A DNA stretch of 64,000 bases from Acidobacteriota bacterium (GCA_028749235.1 JAQULS010000001.1:755-64754); one strand, 5' to 3'; positions 1-10,075 are shown, counted from the stretch's first letter. Translations and numbers: made by a program. The notes: generated by a model from the letters alone, not told the origin.

Positions 1-1273
1 GCTGATGGATGAGCTCGGCCGCCTCCGACCCGACCAGGTGGGCGCCCAGAAGCCGGTGCGAGCCCCGGTCGAAGATCATCTTGATCAGCCCGGGCATGAA
101 GGAATAGGTGGCGCAGGCCTTGACCAATCCCGAGTAGGCGCAGGTCCCGACGATGACGGCGCGCCCGCCCGCTACGGCCGCTTCCTCGGTCATCCCGACG
201 GAGCCGATTTCGGGCTGGGTGTAAATCCCGCTCGGAACGAATCGCTCGTCGAGGAGCCGGTCCCCGCCGAGCGCGTTTTCGGCCGCCACCGCCCCTTCCA
301 GAATGCCGGTGGCGGAGAGCATCCAGCGGCCCAGGACGTCGCCGGCGGCGTAGACGCCGGGGAGGGACGTCCGCAGGCGGTCATCGGCCAAAACCTGACC
401 CTTCGCCCCCAGCGCGATCCCAGCCGCCTCGAGCCCCAAGCCGGCCGTGGCCGGAGCGCGGCCGACGCAGACCAGGACCTTGTCCGAGGCTATGCGCTCG
501 CCTTGACCGGTCGTAACGGCCGGCCGCCCGTCCGGCCCCGTCTCATAATTCCGGACCATGGTTCCCGGCAGGAACCGGATGCCGCGCCGCTTCATCTCCT
601 TCTCGATGACCGCGACGATGTCCCCGTCCTGCCCGGGCAGGGCATGCTCGAGCTTCTCGATCAGCGTGATTTCGACGCCGAAGGTCCGGAAGATGAAGGC
701 GTACTCACAGCCGATGACTCCCGCGCCGATGATGACCATGCGGGCCGGGAGCTCGGGCATGTCCACCAGTTCGTCGGTCGAAAGCAGGGCCCGGCCGTCC
801 GTGGGCAGGCCGGGAACCGGGAAAGGCCGCGACCCCGTCGCCAGGACGAGACGCGGCGCCTCGACTTCGATCTCGGCGCCGGTGGGCGTCCGGACGAGAA
901 GATGCCGCTCGTCGCGCAGGCTCGCCTCCCCGCGCACGATCCGGACGTTCGGCCCGCGCAAGTGGGCGCCGATGACGCCCTGGTCGCAGCGGGTGATGCG
1001 GGTCCGGCTGGCCAGGACTTCCTTGTAGTCGAGCGCGAATCCGCCCTCGGCCTTGATCCCGAAATTCGCGATCTTCCGCAAAAGCTCGTAGACGCCGGCC
1101 GAAATCGAAAAGACCTTGCTGGGCAAAGTCCCGGTGAAGACGCAGGCGCCGCCGAGCTGGGCCGCCCGCTCGACGACGACAACCCGGGCTCCCATTTCGG
1201 AGGCCCGCACGACGGCGGCGAGGCCCGCTTCGCCGCCCCCCAGGACGGCGATGTCGGCGGCGATTCGTTCCAT
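1..1273 (-). CDS. Soluble pyridine nucleotide transhydrogenase-like flavoprotein disulfide reductase (runs off the window edge; absent from ORF track)
   Basis: Manual translation from ATG 1273: MERIAADIAVLGGGEAGLAA (FAD motif), GGACVFTGTLPSK (single Cys, SthA-type) and MVIIGAGVIGCEYAFIF (NAD(P) motif). TAATG overlap with the upstream gene. Confidence 0.8.
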   Translation of the reverse strand, partial: MERIAADIAVLGGGEAGLAAVVRASEMGARVVVVERAAQLGGACVFTGTLPSKVFSISAGVYELLRKIANFGIKAEGGFALDYKEVLASRTRITRCDQGVIGAHLRGPNVRIVRGEASLRDERHLLVRTPTGAEIEVEAPRLVLATGSRPFPVPGLPTDGRALLSTDELVDMPELPARMVIIGAGVIGCEYAFIFRTFGVEITLIEKLEHALPGQDGDIVAVIEKEMKRRGIRFLPGTMVRNYETGPDGRPAVTTGQGERIASDKVLVCVGRAPATAGLGLEAAGIALGAKGQVLADDRLRTSLPGVYAAGDVLGRWMLSATGILEGAVAAENALGGDRLLDERFVPSGIYTQPEIGSVGMTEEAAVAGGRAVIVGTCAYSGLVKACATYSFMPGLIKMIFDRGSHRLLGAHLVGSEAAELIHQ

Positions 1274-3633
1274 TATTCCGTTCGGCCGTAGAGCGTCCGC
1301 AGGCGGATCTGAGCCGCGGCCAGCCGGCGCAGGAAGGCGACGGCTTCATCCGAGCGCCGGAACACGGGCATCCCGGCCGCCGCGAGTTTGGCCGCCATCG
1401 GGTCGTAGAGGGCGCCGGCGTCGATGCAGGCGACCACGGGCTTGGACGTGGCCCGGAACATCGCGATCATCCGGGAGGGCGTGCTCTCGGGAGCCTCGAT
1501 CGATTCCGTATGTCCCTGGCCGGGAGCCAGCGTCTGCAGGGCCCGGGTCATGGGAACGGGAGAGATGACGGCGCAGTCGACGGCGGGATCGTCCAGGATG
1601 GCCCGGGCGCATTCGCCGAAGGCCGCGTCGTCGGCCGTCGGGGTGGTGTCCATCGGATTCTTGATGTCCTGCAGCTTGTCGATCCCGGCCGGGGCCAGGA
1701 TCTCCGCCAGGCGCTTCTTGGTCGCCTCGGAGAAGGCGGCCAACTCCAGCCGCGCGCCGTTCTTCAGGCTGTCCGACATGATCACGCACTCGAACCCGGC
1801 GTTGCTGATCAGCCCGACCCGGTTGCCGGCGGCGAAGCGCCCGTGGAGCGAAGGCAGGGCGGCGACGAAGCCGTCGAACTCGGCCAGGCTGCCGGCCACG
1901 ATCACGCCGGCGTCTTCCAGGACCGCCCGGCAGACGCCGTATTCGCCCGCCACGGAGGCGGTGTGGCCGGCCGAGGCCATGCGGCCCTCGGGCGTCCGCC
2001 CGCTCTTGTAGGCGATGACGTAGCGGCCCGGCATCTTGAGGATGTCGCGGGCCGCCTTGGCCGTCAGGTATCCGTCGCCGGGCTTGAAGCCTTCGACGTA
2101 AAGGGCCAAGACCCGGGCCGAAGGCTCGTCCTTGAGATAGTTCAGATAATCGGAGAACCGCAGATCGATCTGGTTCCCCAGCGAGACGGCGTAGAGCGGC
2201 TCGATGGCGTCCATCCGGCTGATGCGGCTGATCATGAAGGCGCCGCTTTGGCTGATGTGAACGAGCTCCGGCCGTTCGTTCCGGGGGAAGCGAAGCTTAT
2301 GCTCGGGGATGAAGGTCGTGTCGTAAAGGCCGGGCCGCGAGTAGATGCCCAGGCAGTTGCCGCCGTTGACGACCGGGGTCGTCTTGCCCTCGCGTCGGCC
2401 TTCCGCCAGGATCGCCTGGATGCGGCCCTCGATCGACTGGGTGCCCTGCTTTTCGCCCATGCCGCCGGCGATGACGATGGCCGAGCGGGCCTTGCCGTGG
2501 GCCACGAGATCCCGCAGGACGCCCTCGCACTGTTCCGCGCCCAGGGTCAGGACGAAGAGATCGACCGTCTCGGGCAAGTCGGCCACGGTGGGGACGCAGC
2601 GGCAGCCGTCGATTTCGGACGGGCCCGGCTTGACGACGTAGACACGGCTCCGGTCGAAGCCCATCTTCAGGATGTTGCGCAGGATGACCCGGCCCAGGTT
2701 GACTTTCTCGGAGACGCCGATGACGGCGGCGGACGCGGGTTTGAGCAGGCTCCCGAGGCCCGCGACCGGACGGTCGTGGACGTCCACATGGGCGCGGCTG
2801 AACCGGCACAGCCCGTCCAGGGGGACGAGCGCGCCGCCGGTCATGACGAAAGGATTGACCTCGGCTTCCTCGATGACGAAGCCGTCGCCCTTGGCGAAGG
2901 GCGAGTAGTGCGCAGCCAGGGCGAGGAATTCGGCGAAAGTCCCGGCCAGCGCCTCGGCCGTCAGGGGCGCGGGACGGCCGCGGAAAGGCTTGACCAGCTT
3001 GTCGAAGACGGCCAGCGGAGCCAGGTGGGACGCAATCGCGTCCCGCGTCAACAGGTGGGCGGAAGCCATGGAAACGGCCTGCCCCTCCTTCAGCCTCTGG
3101 TTGAGATATTCGACCTCGATCCCGCCCGCGCCGAGGGAGACGACGGGGCCGAACTCCCGCGAATGGCGGACGCCGAGCAGGAGCTCGGTCCCGAAGCCGA
3201 CTTTGTCGTAGGCGACCTTCTCGCAGATCAAAACGCCGCGCAGGTCGTTGGCCACGGCTTCCGGAGTCAGGCGTTTCGCTTCTTCCGGGCTTTTCTCCGC
3301 CAGCCAGGAGAGGAAGCGGCCCGGAACGTCCGCTTCCATGAGCCGGATCCCGGCTTTCACGGCGGCCGTCTCCGTCCGGACGAAGGCCACCCCGCCCACG
3401 TCGGTCTTATGCTGGATGAGGGGCGCTATGATCTTCAACACGACCTCGGACGAATGAAACTTCGCCAGGTCGGAAGCTTCGACCGTACCGCCCCGCGGCA
3501 CGAAACAAAAGACCGGCGTCCGCACCCCGGCCGCGGCCAGCACACCGTAGAATTCGTGCTCGAAGAGCGAGGAGCGGCCGTCCTTTTCGGCGGCGGCGAA
3601 GATGGCGTCGATGGCCTTGAAGTCGGCGCCCAT
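1273..3633 (-). CDS. ADP-forming acetate/acyl-CoA ligase, fused ATP-grasp (beta) then CoA-binding (alpha) domains
   Basis: LKIIAPLIQHKTDVGGV, EAEVNPF, GGNCLG, SQSGA, SLGNQIDL, phospho-His motif SAGHTAS, NPMDTT. Confidence 0.9.
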   Translation of the reverse strand: MGADFKAIDAIFAAAEKDGRSSLFEHEFYGVLAAAGVRTPVFCFVPRGGTVEASDLAKFHSSEVVLKIIAPLIQHKTDVGGVAFVRTETAAVKAGIRLMEADVPGRFLSWLAEKSPEEAKRLTPEAVANDLRGVLICEKVAYDKVGFGTELLLGVRHSREFGPVVSLGAGGIEVEYLNQRLKEGQAVSMASAHLLTRDAIASHLAPLAVFDKLVKPFRGRPAPLTAEALAGTFAEFLALAAHYSPFAKGDGFVIEEAEVNPFVMTGGALVPLDGLCRFSRAHVDVHDRPVAGLGSLLKPASAAVIGVSEKVNLGRVILRNILKMGFDRSRVYVVKPGPSEIDGCRCVPTVADLPETVDLFVLTLGAEQCEGVLRDLVAHGKARSAIVIAGGMGEKQGTQSIEGRIQAILAEGRREGKTTPVVNGGNCLGIYSRPGLYDTTFIPEHKLRFPRNERPELVHISQSGAFMISRISRMDAIEPLYAVSLGNQIDLRFSDYLNYLKDEPSARVLALYVEGFKPGDGYLTAKAARDILKMPGRYVIAYKSGRTPEGRMASAGHTASVAGEYGVCRAVLEDAGVIVAGSLAEFDGFVAALPSLHGRFAAGNRVGLISNAGFECVIMSDSLKNGARLELAAFSEATKKRLAEILAPAGIDKLQDIKNPMDTTPTADDAAFGECARAILDDPAVDCAVISPVPMTRALQTLAPGQGHTESIEAPESTPSRMIAMFRATSKPVVACIDAGALYDPMAAKLAAAGMPVFRRSDEAVAFLRRLAAAQIRLRTLYGRTE

Positions 3634-3634
3634 G

Positions 3635-4219
3635 CTATTCGGCCGCCCGCCGGCCCGACTCGAAGGCTTTCAGGTTGGCCTCCAGGATGGCTTCGCCCCG
3701 CTTGGCAAAGAGCACGCGGACGAATTCGAGCAGCGCTTCCCGGCCCGGCAGAAGATGCCGGGACGCGGCGCCGAGCATGACCGTGTTCTGGGCCCGAACG
3801 GAGCCGGCTTCCTTGGCCAGGGCCTCGCTGTCCACGATGACGCTCCCCGGCAGGGCCCTGAGGCGGCCCAGCAGGGCGGCTTTGTCGGGATAGTCGGGGA
3901 TGTTGACGAAGGGGGTGCTGCTGGTCACGATCCGGCCGCCGGGTGCCAGGTAGTCGAGATAGCGCAGGGCTTCCAAGGGCTCGACGCTCAAGATCACATC
4001 GGCCCCGCCGCGCGGGATGAGATCGCTCCAGATCCGTTCGCTCGACAGCCGCAGGTGGGAGGTCACCGCGCCGCCCCGCTGGGCCATGCCGTGGACCTCG
4101 GCCTGCTTGACATGGTAGCCCTCCTTGAGGGCGGCGCTGTCGATGACGAAGGCGATCGACAGGATGCCCTGCCCGCCGACGCCGGCCAGGATGATGTCCT
4201 GCTTGCGCTTGTCGCTCAT
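3635..4219 (-). CDS. iorB: Indolepyruvate:ferredoxin oxidoreductase beta subunit
   Basis: DIILAGVGGQG, AEVHGMAQRGGAV, NTVMLGA; ATGA overlap with iorA. Confidence 0.92.
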   Translation of the reverse strand: MSDKRKQDIILAGVGGQGILSIAFVIDSAALKEGYHVKQAEVHGMAQRGGAVTSHLRLSSERIWSDLIPRGGADVILSVEPLEALRYLDYLAPGGRIVTSSTPFVNIPDYPDKAALLGRLRALPGSVIVDSEALAKEAGSVRAQNTVMLGAASRHLLPGREALLEFVRVLFAKRGEAILEANLKAFESGRRAAE

Positions 4220-5820
4220 CGGGCGCCTCCGAGCTTGTTCTTTTTCTTGGCCTCTTCCAGGCATTCCCGGACCGCCACCACGACCGACAAGCCGCGGCGG
4301 GCGATCTCCTCGCGAAAGACTTTCACGTTATCCTCGTGGAACTTGGGCAGCGGGGTGATGATCCGGATGCGTTCGGCCGGGACGCCGACGCCCCGGATGA
4401 TATCGAGCAGCCTGGCGCCGGTCGAGAAGGAGGGCTGGGTTCCGGTCATGGCCACGGTGCCGTTGTCCAGGACGACCAGGACCATGTCGGCATCGACGGC
4501 CGCGGCGCTCAAAAGGGCGGTGATGCCCGAGTGGCCGAAAGTCGAGTCCCCGATGACGCCGAGGGCGGGATGGAGGCCCGCTTCGGCCGCGCCGTGGGCC
4601 ATGCCGATGCTGGCGCCCATGCAGACGCAGGAATCGATGGCGTTGTGGGGCGGGAAGTAGCCCAGGGTGTAACAGCCGATGTCCGAGAAGACGACGGCGC
4701 CGGGCTGATCTTCCAAGGCCTTCTTGAGGGCCTTGAACGTGTCGGCGTGGGGACAGCCGACGCAGAGCTGGGGCGGCCGATTGGCCAGCGGGACATCGCC
4801 CATCGACCGCCGCTCGAGCGGCGCCAGGCCCAAAGCGGCCCGGATGGACTCGGGCGAGAGCTCGCCCTGGGCCGGCAGATGGCCCGACAGCCGGCCGATC
4901 ACGGTCTTGCCGGGGATTCCGAACAGGCCCCGGATCTGGCGCTCGATGAGGGGATAGCCCTCCTCGGCCACCAGGATCGTGTCGCAGTGATCGGCCAGGC
5001 GGCGCACCAGGTCCTCGGGAACCGGATAGACCGAAATCTTAAGGATCGACGGTTTAAGCCCCGAGCCTTCCAGGTTTTCCATGACGTAGTTATAGCCGAT
5101 GCCGGAGGCGATGATGCCCAGCTTGCGGTCGCCGGGAGCGAGATCGAGCCGATTGAAGGGCGATGCGGAGGCATAGCGGGCCAGCTCGGGCTGAAGCTCG
5201 AGAACCCGTTTGAATCGGCGCCGGGCGTTGCCGGGAAGAAGCGTCCACGAGGACCGCTCCCCCTTCCGGACCTCGTTTTGGGGCCGCGCCGGACGCGTCT
5301 CGACCCCGGCCCGGCTGTGCGACAGCCGGGTGGTCATCCGGATCATGACCGGCAGGTCGAGCCTCTCCGAAAGGTCGAAGGCCTCCCGGACCATGTCGTA
5401 GGACTCCTGGTGGTCGGCCGGCTCGAAGCAGGGGATCATGGCGAACTGGGCGTAGAACCGGCTGTCTTGCTCGTTCTGGGAGCTGTGCATGCTGGGATCG
5501 TCGGCCGAGCAGACGACGAGCCCGCCGTTGGCCCCGGTCAGGGAGGCGCTCATGAACGGGTCGGCGGCCACGTTGAGCCCGACGTGCTTGAAGGAGACGA
5601 AAGCCCGCTTGCCGGCGTACGAGCAGCCCAAGGCCTCCTCGAAAGCGGTCTTCTCGTTGACCGACCAGGCCGCCCGGAAGGCGGCGCCGCGGCCGATCTT
5701 GATCAGATACTCCATGATCTCGGAGGCCGGCGTGCCGGGATAGGAATAGGCGCCGCTCAAACCGGCGTGGACCGCTCCCAAACCGATGGCTTCATCGCCC
5801 AAGAGAATTTCCTTGCTCAT
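4216..5820 (-). CDS. iorA: Indolepyruvate:ferredoxin oxidoreductase alpha subunit (no C-terminal ferredoxin domain)
   Basis: LLGDEAIG, YPGTPASE, KHVGLNVAADP, HSSQNEQDSR, RPPQLCVGCPH, DIGCYTLG, TPP motif GDSTF...DN. Confidence 0.93.
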   Translation of the reverse strand: MSKEILLGDEAIGLGAVHAGLSGAYSYPGTPASEIMEYLIKIGRGAAFRAAWSVNEKTAFEEALGCSYAGKRAFVSFKHVGLNVAADPFMSASLTGANGGLVVCSADDPSMHSSQNEQDSRFYAQFAMIPCFEPADHQESYDMVREAFDLSERLDLPVMIRMTTRLSHSRAGVETRPARPQNEVRKGERSSWTLLPGNARRRFKRVLELQPELARYASASPFNRLDLAPGDRKLGIIASGIGYNYVMENLEGSGLKPSILKISVYPVPEDLVRRLADHCDTILVAEEGYPLIERQIRGLFGIPGKTVIGRLSGHLPAQGELSPESIRAALGLAPLERRSMGDVPLANRPPQLCVGCPHADTFKALKKALEDQPGAVVFSDIGCYTLGYFPPHNAIDSCVCMGASIGMAHGAAEAGLHPALGVIGDSTFGHSGITALLSAAAVDADMVLVVLDNGTVAMTGTQPSFSTGARLLDIIRGVGVPAERIRIITPLPKFHEDNVKVFREEIARRGLSVVVAVRECLEEAKKKNKLGGAR

Positions 5821-5855
5821 GATTCCATCCTTTTGGAGTTGCTGCGGGAACGGTT

Positions 5856-5885
5856 AGGATACCTTCCCCGCCGCCGGAGTGTCAA
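5856..5885 (-). promoter_or_regulatory. Putative sigma70 promoter of the ior operon
   Basis: TTGACA (5885-5880), 18 bp, TATCCT (5861-5856) upstream of iorA. Confidence 0.5.
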
Positions 5886-6002
5886 GGCGCGTCGGGCGCT
5901 TATCCTGATAAAATCTATAAAATTAGGTTGATATTCGGGCCGGGCTTGATCTATGATGAAAAGGCGCGACGCCCGGCATTCCTTCCCGCGCAGGAGTTCG
6001 GC

Positions 6003-6458
6003 ATGATCAAGCTGTCGACGAAAGGCCGCTACGGAACCCGGCTGATGGTCAGCCTGGCCCGCCATTACCGCGAATCGCAGGATACCGTCATCCTCAAAAG
6101 CGTGGCCGATGAAGAGGGCATTTCGATCCGCTATCTCGAGCAGATCATCATTCCGCTCAAGATCAACAAACTGGTCAAGAGCATCCGCGGCGCCGGCGGC
6201 GGCTACACCCTGGCCCGGGCCCCCAAGGACATCAAGCTCTGCGACATCCTGCACGCCCTGGAAGGCTCCTGCAGCCTGGTCGAGTGCGTCGAGGACGAGA
6301 GCGTCTGCGCCAAGGTGTCCACCTGCGGCACCTACGAGATATGGAAAACGGCCACGCATTTGATGAAAGACTACTTCGACAACGTCTCCCTGCAGGATAT
6401 CATCGAAATCGCCGAAAAGAAGGCGGCCTCCGCCCGCAAGAAGGGCCGGGCCAAGTAG
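6003..6458 (+). CDS. Rrf2-family transcriptional regulator (IscR/CymR-like, Cys-rich)
   Basis: KLSTKGRYG, ISIRYLEQI, SIRGAGGGYTLAR, ECVEDESVCAKVSTC; GGAG RBS. Confidence 0.92.
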   Translation: MIKLSTKGRYGTRLMVSLARHYRESQDTVILKSVADEEGISIRYLEQIIIPLKINKLVKSIRGAGGGYTLARAPKDIKLCDILHALEGSCSLVECVEDESVCAKVSTCGTYEIWKTATHLMKDYFDNVSLQDIIEIAEKKAASARKKGRAK

Positions 6459-6496
6459 GCCGGCGCCGCCGCATCCGCCCGGCCCCGGTTCGGCTC

Positions 6497-7852
6497 ATGC
6501 GCTCCCTCATTCGCTTCTTCAGCTCCCTCCGGCTGGCCATCGTCCTGATCATCCTCCTGGCCGCCGCCTCGGTTCTCGGCACGCTCATTCCCCAGGGACG
6601 GACGCTCGAGGAATACGCCGTTCGCTACGGAGGGGCGGCCGGGATCCTGGTCAAGTCCGGGCTGACCGGGTTGTACCATGCCGCGGGCTTCCTCGCCCTT
6701 CTCATCCTGCTGGGACTCAACATCGCGGTCTGCACCCTGACCCGTCTTCCCGGCAAGCTCCGCCGGGCCTTCCGCCCGCGCCTGGAAACGGAGGCCAAGG
6801 CCCTGGCCGGGTTCAAGATCCACGATCGCCTCAAGCGGAGCGCCCCCCTGGCCGAAGTCAGGGAACGGCTCGAGACGGCCATGCGCGAAGCGGGCTGGCG
6901 GGTCCGTTCGGAATCACGGGAAAACCGCGTCCACATCCTGGCCCGCAAGCGGACGGCCGGCTTGTTCGGCTCGGACATCGTCCACCTCGGCCTTCTCGTC
7001 CTCCTGGCGGGCGGCATCGTCACGGCCGCGGCCGGATTCCGGACCGAGCTGGCCCTGAGCGAAGGCCTGACGCTCGACGTGCCGAAGGCGGGCTTCGCCC
7101 TGCGCCTGGACAAGTTCGATACGGAATACCATCCCGACGGCAGCGTCAAGGCCTGGAAAAGCTCCGTGACCGTCCTGGAAGCGGAGCGGCCGGTTCGGCA
7201 AGCGGTCATCGCCGTCAACCATCCCCTCACGCACCGCGGCTATTCCTTCTACCAGATGAGCTACGGGGACGACTGGGACGCGACCCGCGTGACGCTGGCG
7301 GTCCGCAAGAAGGACGATCCGGCGCCCGCCCGCCCCATCATCCTTCATCCGGGCCGGCGGCTCGCTCTCGGCGACGCGGCCGGATCGGAGATCGAGCTGA
7401 AGCGATTCCTGCCCGATTTCGTCCTGGGCGAAGGGAACCGGCCTGAAAACCGGTCCTACCGGCCCGACAATCCGGCCGCCCTGGTTGAAATCCGCGGCGG
7501 CGGGGAGACGGCCTTCGAGGGCTGGGTCTTCGCCAACTATCCCGGCTTCGCCCAAGCCCACGGACGCGAGGCATCCGGCTGGGAGGTCGGGATCAAGGCC
7601 TTCGACGCCCCTCGCTTCTCGGTTCTGGAAGCGGCCAAGGATCCCGGCGTCCCCCTCATCTGGATAGGCTGCCTGCTGGGCATGGCCGGGCTCTTTTTGG
7701 CTTTCTATTGGCCGGCCCGAGAGATACGGGCCGGGCTGGAGGAGGCCAACGGCCGGACGGACATCGGCTTGGGCGGAACGGCCGCCAAAGGCCGGGACCG
7801 CCTGCAGGCCGAATTCACCGCCCTCGTCGAATCGCTCCGGAGGCCAACATGA
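6497..7852 (+). CDS. resB: Cytochrome c biogenesis system II protein ResB/CcsB
   Basis: FSSLRLAIVL..GTLIPQ, IVHLGLL, IAVNHPL, KDPGVPLIWIG. Confidence 0.88.
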   Translation: MRSLIRFFSSLRLAIVLIILLAAASVLGTLIPQGRTLEEYAVRYGGAAGILVKSGLTGLYHAAGFLALLILLGLNIAVCTLTRLPGKLRRAFRPRLETEAKALAGFKIHDRLKRSAPLAEVRERLETAMREAGWRVRSESRENRVHILARKRTAGLFGSDIVHLGLLVLLAGGIVTAAAGFRTELALSEGLTLDVPKAGFALRLDKFDTEYHPDGSVKAWKSSVTVLEAERPVRQAVIAVNHPLTHRGYSFYQMSYGDDWDATRVTLAVRKKDDPAPARPIILHPGRRLALGDAAGSEIELKRFLPDFVLGEGNRPENRSYRPDNPAALVEIRGGGETAFEGWVFANYPGFAQAHGREASGWEVGIKAFDAPRFSVLEAAKDPGVPLIWIGCLLGMAGLFLAFYWPAREIRAGLEEANGRTDIGLGGTAAKGRDRLQAEFTALVESLRRPT

Positions 7853-8637
7853 CCGAATCGACGTTCTTCGCCGCCGCCCTCGCGGTTTATGCCGCGGCCG
7901 CCTTCTTCTATCTGCTCTTCCTGTTCAACGGGAAGGAACGGTCGGCCAAGACGGGCTTCGCCGTGGCGGTGGCCGGATTCGTCCTCCACACCGGCGCCTT
8001 GATCCTGCGGACGGTCGAAAGCGGGCATGCCCCCTTCACCAACATGTACGAATCGCTGTCCTTTCTGGCCTGGGCTTCGGTTCTGGCCTTCGTCCTGGTC
8101 ACCCTGCGCTTCCGCATGCACCGTGTCGGCCCCTACCTCCTGCTGATCGTCATCGGGTTGATGGCCCTGGCCTCCTCTCCCCTGATGCCCAAGGAAGCGA
8201 CGCCGCTCGTGCCGGCCCTGCAGAGCTACTGGCTGTGGCTTCACGTCTCGGTGACCCTGCTCGGCGAGGCCTTCTTCGCCATCGCCTTCGTCACCAGCCT
8301 GATGTACCTCAAGGCCCGGGATCCGGAGAAGAAGGAACGCTTGGACGCGGTCAGCTACCGCGCGATCTCGGTCGGCTTTCCCCTCTTCACCCTGGGCGGG
8401 CTCGTCTTCGGCATGGTCTGGGCCCAGAAGGCCTGGGGCACCTACTGGAGCTGGGATCCCAAGGAAGTCTGGAGCCTGATCACCTGGTTCGTCTTCGCCC
8501 TTTATCTTCACACCCGGATCGTCATGGGCTGGAAGGGCCGGCGATCGGCGTTCATCGCCGTTCTCGGCTTCCTGGCCGCCCTATTCACCTTCTTCGGCGT
8601 CAACTACCTGCTGGCCGGCCTTCACAGCTACGCTTGA
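7849..8637 (+). CDS. ccsA: Cytochrome c biogenesis system II heme-delivery protein CcsA/ResC
   Basis: GHAPFTNMYESL, PALQSYWLWLHV, WAQKAWGTYWSWDPKE (WWD), GLHSY; ATGA overlap with resB. Confidence 0.95.
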   Translation: MTESTFFAAALAVYAAAAFFYLLFLFNGKERSAKTGFAVAVAGFVLHTGALILRTVESGHAPFTNMYESLSFLAWASVLAFVLVTLRFRMHRVGPYLLLIVIGLMALASSPLMPKEATPLVPALQSYWLWLHVSVTLLGEAFFAIAFVTSLMYLKARDPEKKERLDAVSYRAISVGFPLFTLGGLVFGMVWAQKAWGTYWSWDPKEVWSLITWFVFALYLHTRIVMGWKGRRSAFIAVLGFLAALFTFFGVNYLLAGLHSYA

Positions 8638-9278
8638 GCGGAAGTCCCCGTCCCATCGATGAGCATCCGCAGGCCGCGCGCGGCGCCTTCCGGGTCCGCC
8701 GCGGCCATGATCGCCGAGACGACGGCCAGGCCGTCCGCCCCCGCCTCCAGAACGGCGGCGGCGTTGGCGGCGGAGATGCCTCCGATGGCCACCAACGGAA
8801 GCGCGATCGAGACCCGCAGCGCCCGTAAGCCCTCCAATCCCCAGCCCGGTCCGGCCTCCGGCTTGGTCGGCGTCGCAAAGACCGGACTCACGCCCAGGTA
8901 ATCGATGTCCCGGCCGGCGGCCGCGCGCGCTTGGGCCATGGTTTCCACGGACAAGCCGATGACGGCGTCCGGCCCCAGCCGCCGGCGGGCTTCCTCCGGC
9001 GAAGCGTCGCTTTGACCGAGATGAACTCCATCGGCTCCCGCGGCCAGCGCAATGTCGACGCGGTCGTTGATGAGAAGGGGAATCCCGAAAGGGATCAAGA
9101 GGGATTTCAAACGGACCGCGGCTTGGATGAACGCGGCGGTCTCCAGCCGTTTTTCCCGGAGCTGCACGGCCGTCACGCCGCCCCTCGCCGCCGCCGCGAC
9201 GACATTCTCCAGGCCGCGCCCCCCGGCCAGATCCCGGTCGGTGACCAGATAGAGCCGGGGATTGAAAAGCCGTTTCAC
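8628..9278 (-). CDS. thiE: Thiamine-phosphate synthase
   Basis: LYLVTD, VQLREK, LINDRVD, GVHLGQSD, FATPTK, VAIGGI; GTG start overlapping thiM stop. Confidence 0.95.
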   Translation of the reverse strand: MKRLFNPRLYLVTDRDLAGGRGLENVVAAAARGGVTAVQLREKRLETAAFIQAAVRLKSLLIPFGIPLLINDRVDIALAAGADGVHLGQSDASPEEARRRLGPDAVIGLSVETMAQARAAAGRDIDYLGVSPVFATPTKPEAGPGWGLEGLRALRVSIALPLVAIGGISAANAAAVLEAGADGLAVVSAIMAAADPEGAARGLRMLIDGTGTSAQA

Positions 9279-10075
9279 GCCTCTTCCACCTTCAGCCTGG
9301 AGCGGATGTCGTCTTCCTTCAAGGCATAGAGGGCGTCGATGAACCGGACCTCCAGGGAAGCCGGCCCGGCCGCGCCTTCGGCGGCCATCTCGCCGGCGAT
9401 GCCCATCACGGCCATGGCATGGGCCGCGGCCTGGACGGGAGAGGGATTGACCGCGGCGAAGGCGGCGGTGAGGGCCGTAGCCGCGCAACCCAGGCCCGTC
9501 ACGCGGGGCATCAGGGGATGGCCGTTGGCCACCCGCAACAGCCTGGTTTCGCCGACGATGAGATCGACCGGGCCGCTGACGCTGACGACGACGCCGAAGC
9601 CGGCCAAGGCCCGGGCGGCTTCCAGGGCGTCGGCGGAATCGTGGCGGCTGTCGACGCCCTTGGTCGCCGCTTCGGCCAGGACCAGGGCCCGGATCTCCGA
9701 GGCGTTGCCGCGGACGATGCAGGGCCGGCAGGCCTCGATCAGGCTCAAGGCCGTTTCCGTACGGAAGCGGGTCGCGCCGGCTCCGACCGGGTCTATGACG
9801 ATCGGTATTTTCTTGGCCTTGGCCGCAGCGGCGGCCAGCCGCATCGATTCGATCCAGGGCCGGCTGAGAGTCCCGATGTTGAGGACCAGGGCTTGGGCGA
9901 TCCCGGCCATCTCGGCTGCCTCCTCGGGAGCCTGGGCCATGACCGGAGAGGCCCCCAGGGCCAGCAGGGCATTGGCCGTCAGATTCATGACCACATAGTT
10001 GGTGATGTTATGAATGAGCGGCCGGCCGGCGCGGATCCGCTCGACGTCCTGCCATACGGTTCGGGCATCGGTCAT
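9275..10075 (-). CDS. thiM: Hydroxyethylthiazole kinase
   Basis: PLIHNITNYV, LALGASPVMA, DPVGAGAT, RGNASEI, VTGLGC. Confidence 0.95.
   Translation of the reverse strand: MTDARTVWQDVERIRAGRPLIHNITNYVVMNLTANALLALGASPVMAQAPEEAAEMAGIAQALVLNIGTLSRPWIESMRLAAAAAKAKKIPIVIDPVGAGATRFRTETALSLIEACRPCIVRGNASEIRALVLAEAATKGVDSRHDSADALEAARALAGFGVVVSVSGPVDLIVGETRLLRVANGHPLMPRVTGLGCAATALTAAFAAVNPSPVQAAAHAMAVMGIAGEMAAEGAAGPASLEVRFIDALYALKEDDIRSRLKVEEA

Noticed and set aside
5..1291. 428-aa plus-strand ORF and other long antisense ORFs (e.g. 1510-3780, 11109-13472, 19213-21840, 25659-27932, 49140-51863)
   Set aside because: Shadow frames of motif-bearing genes on the opposite strand, expected in high-GC DNA; no family motifs.
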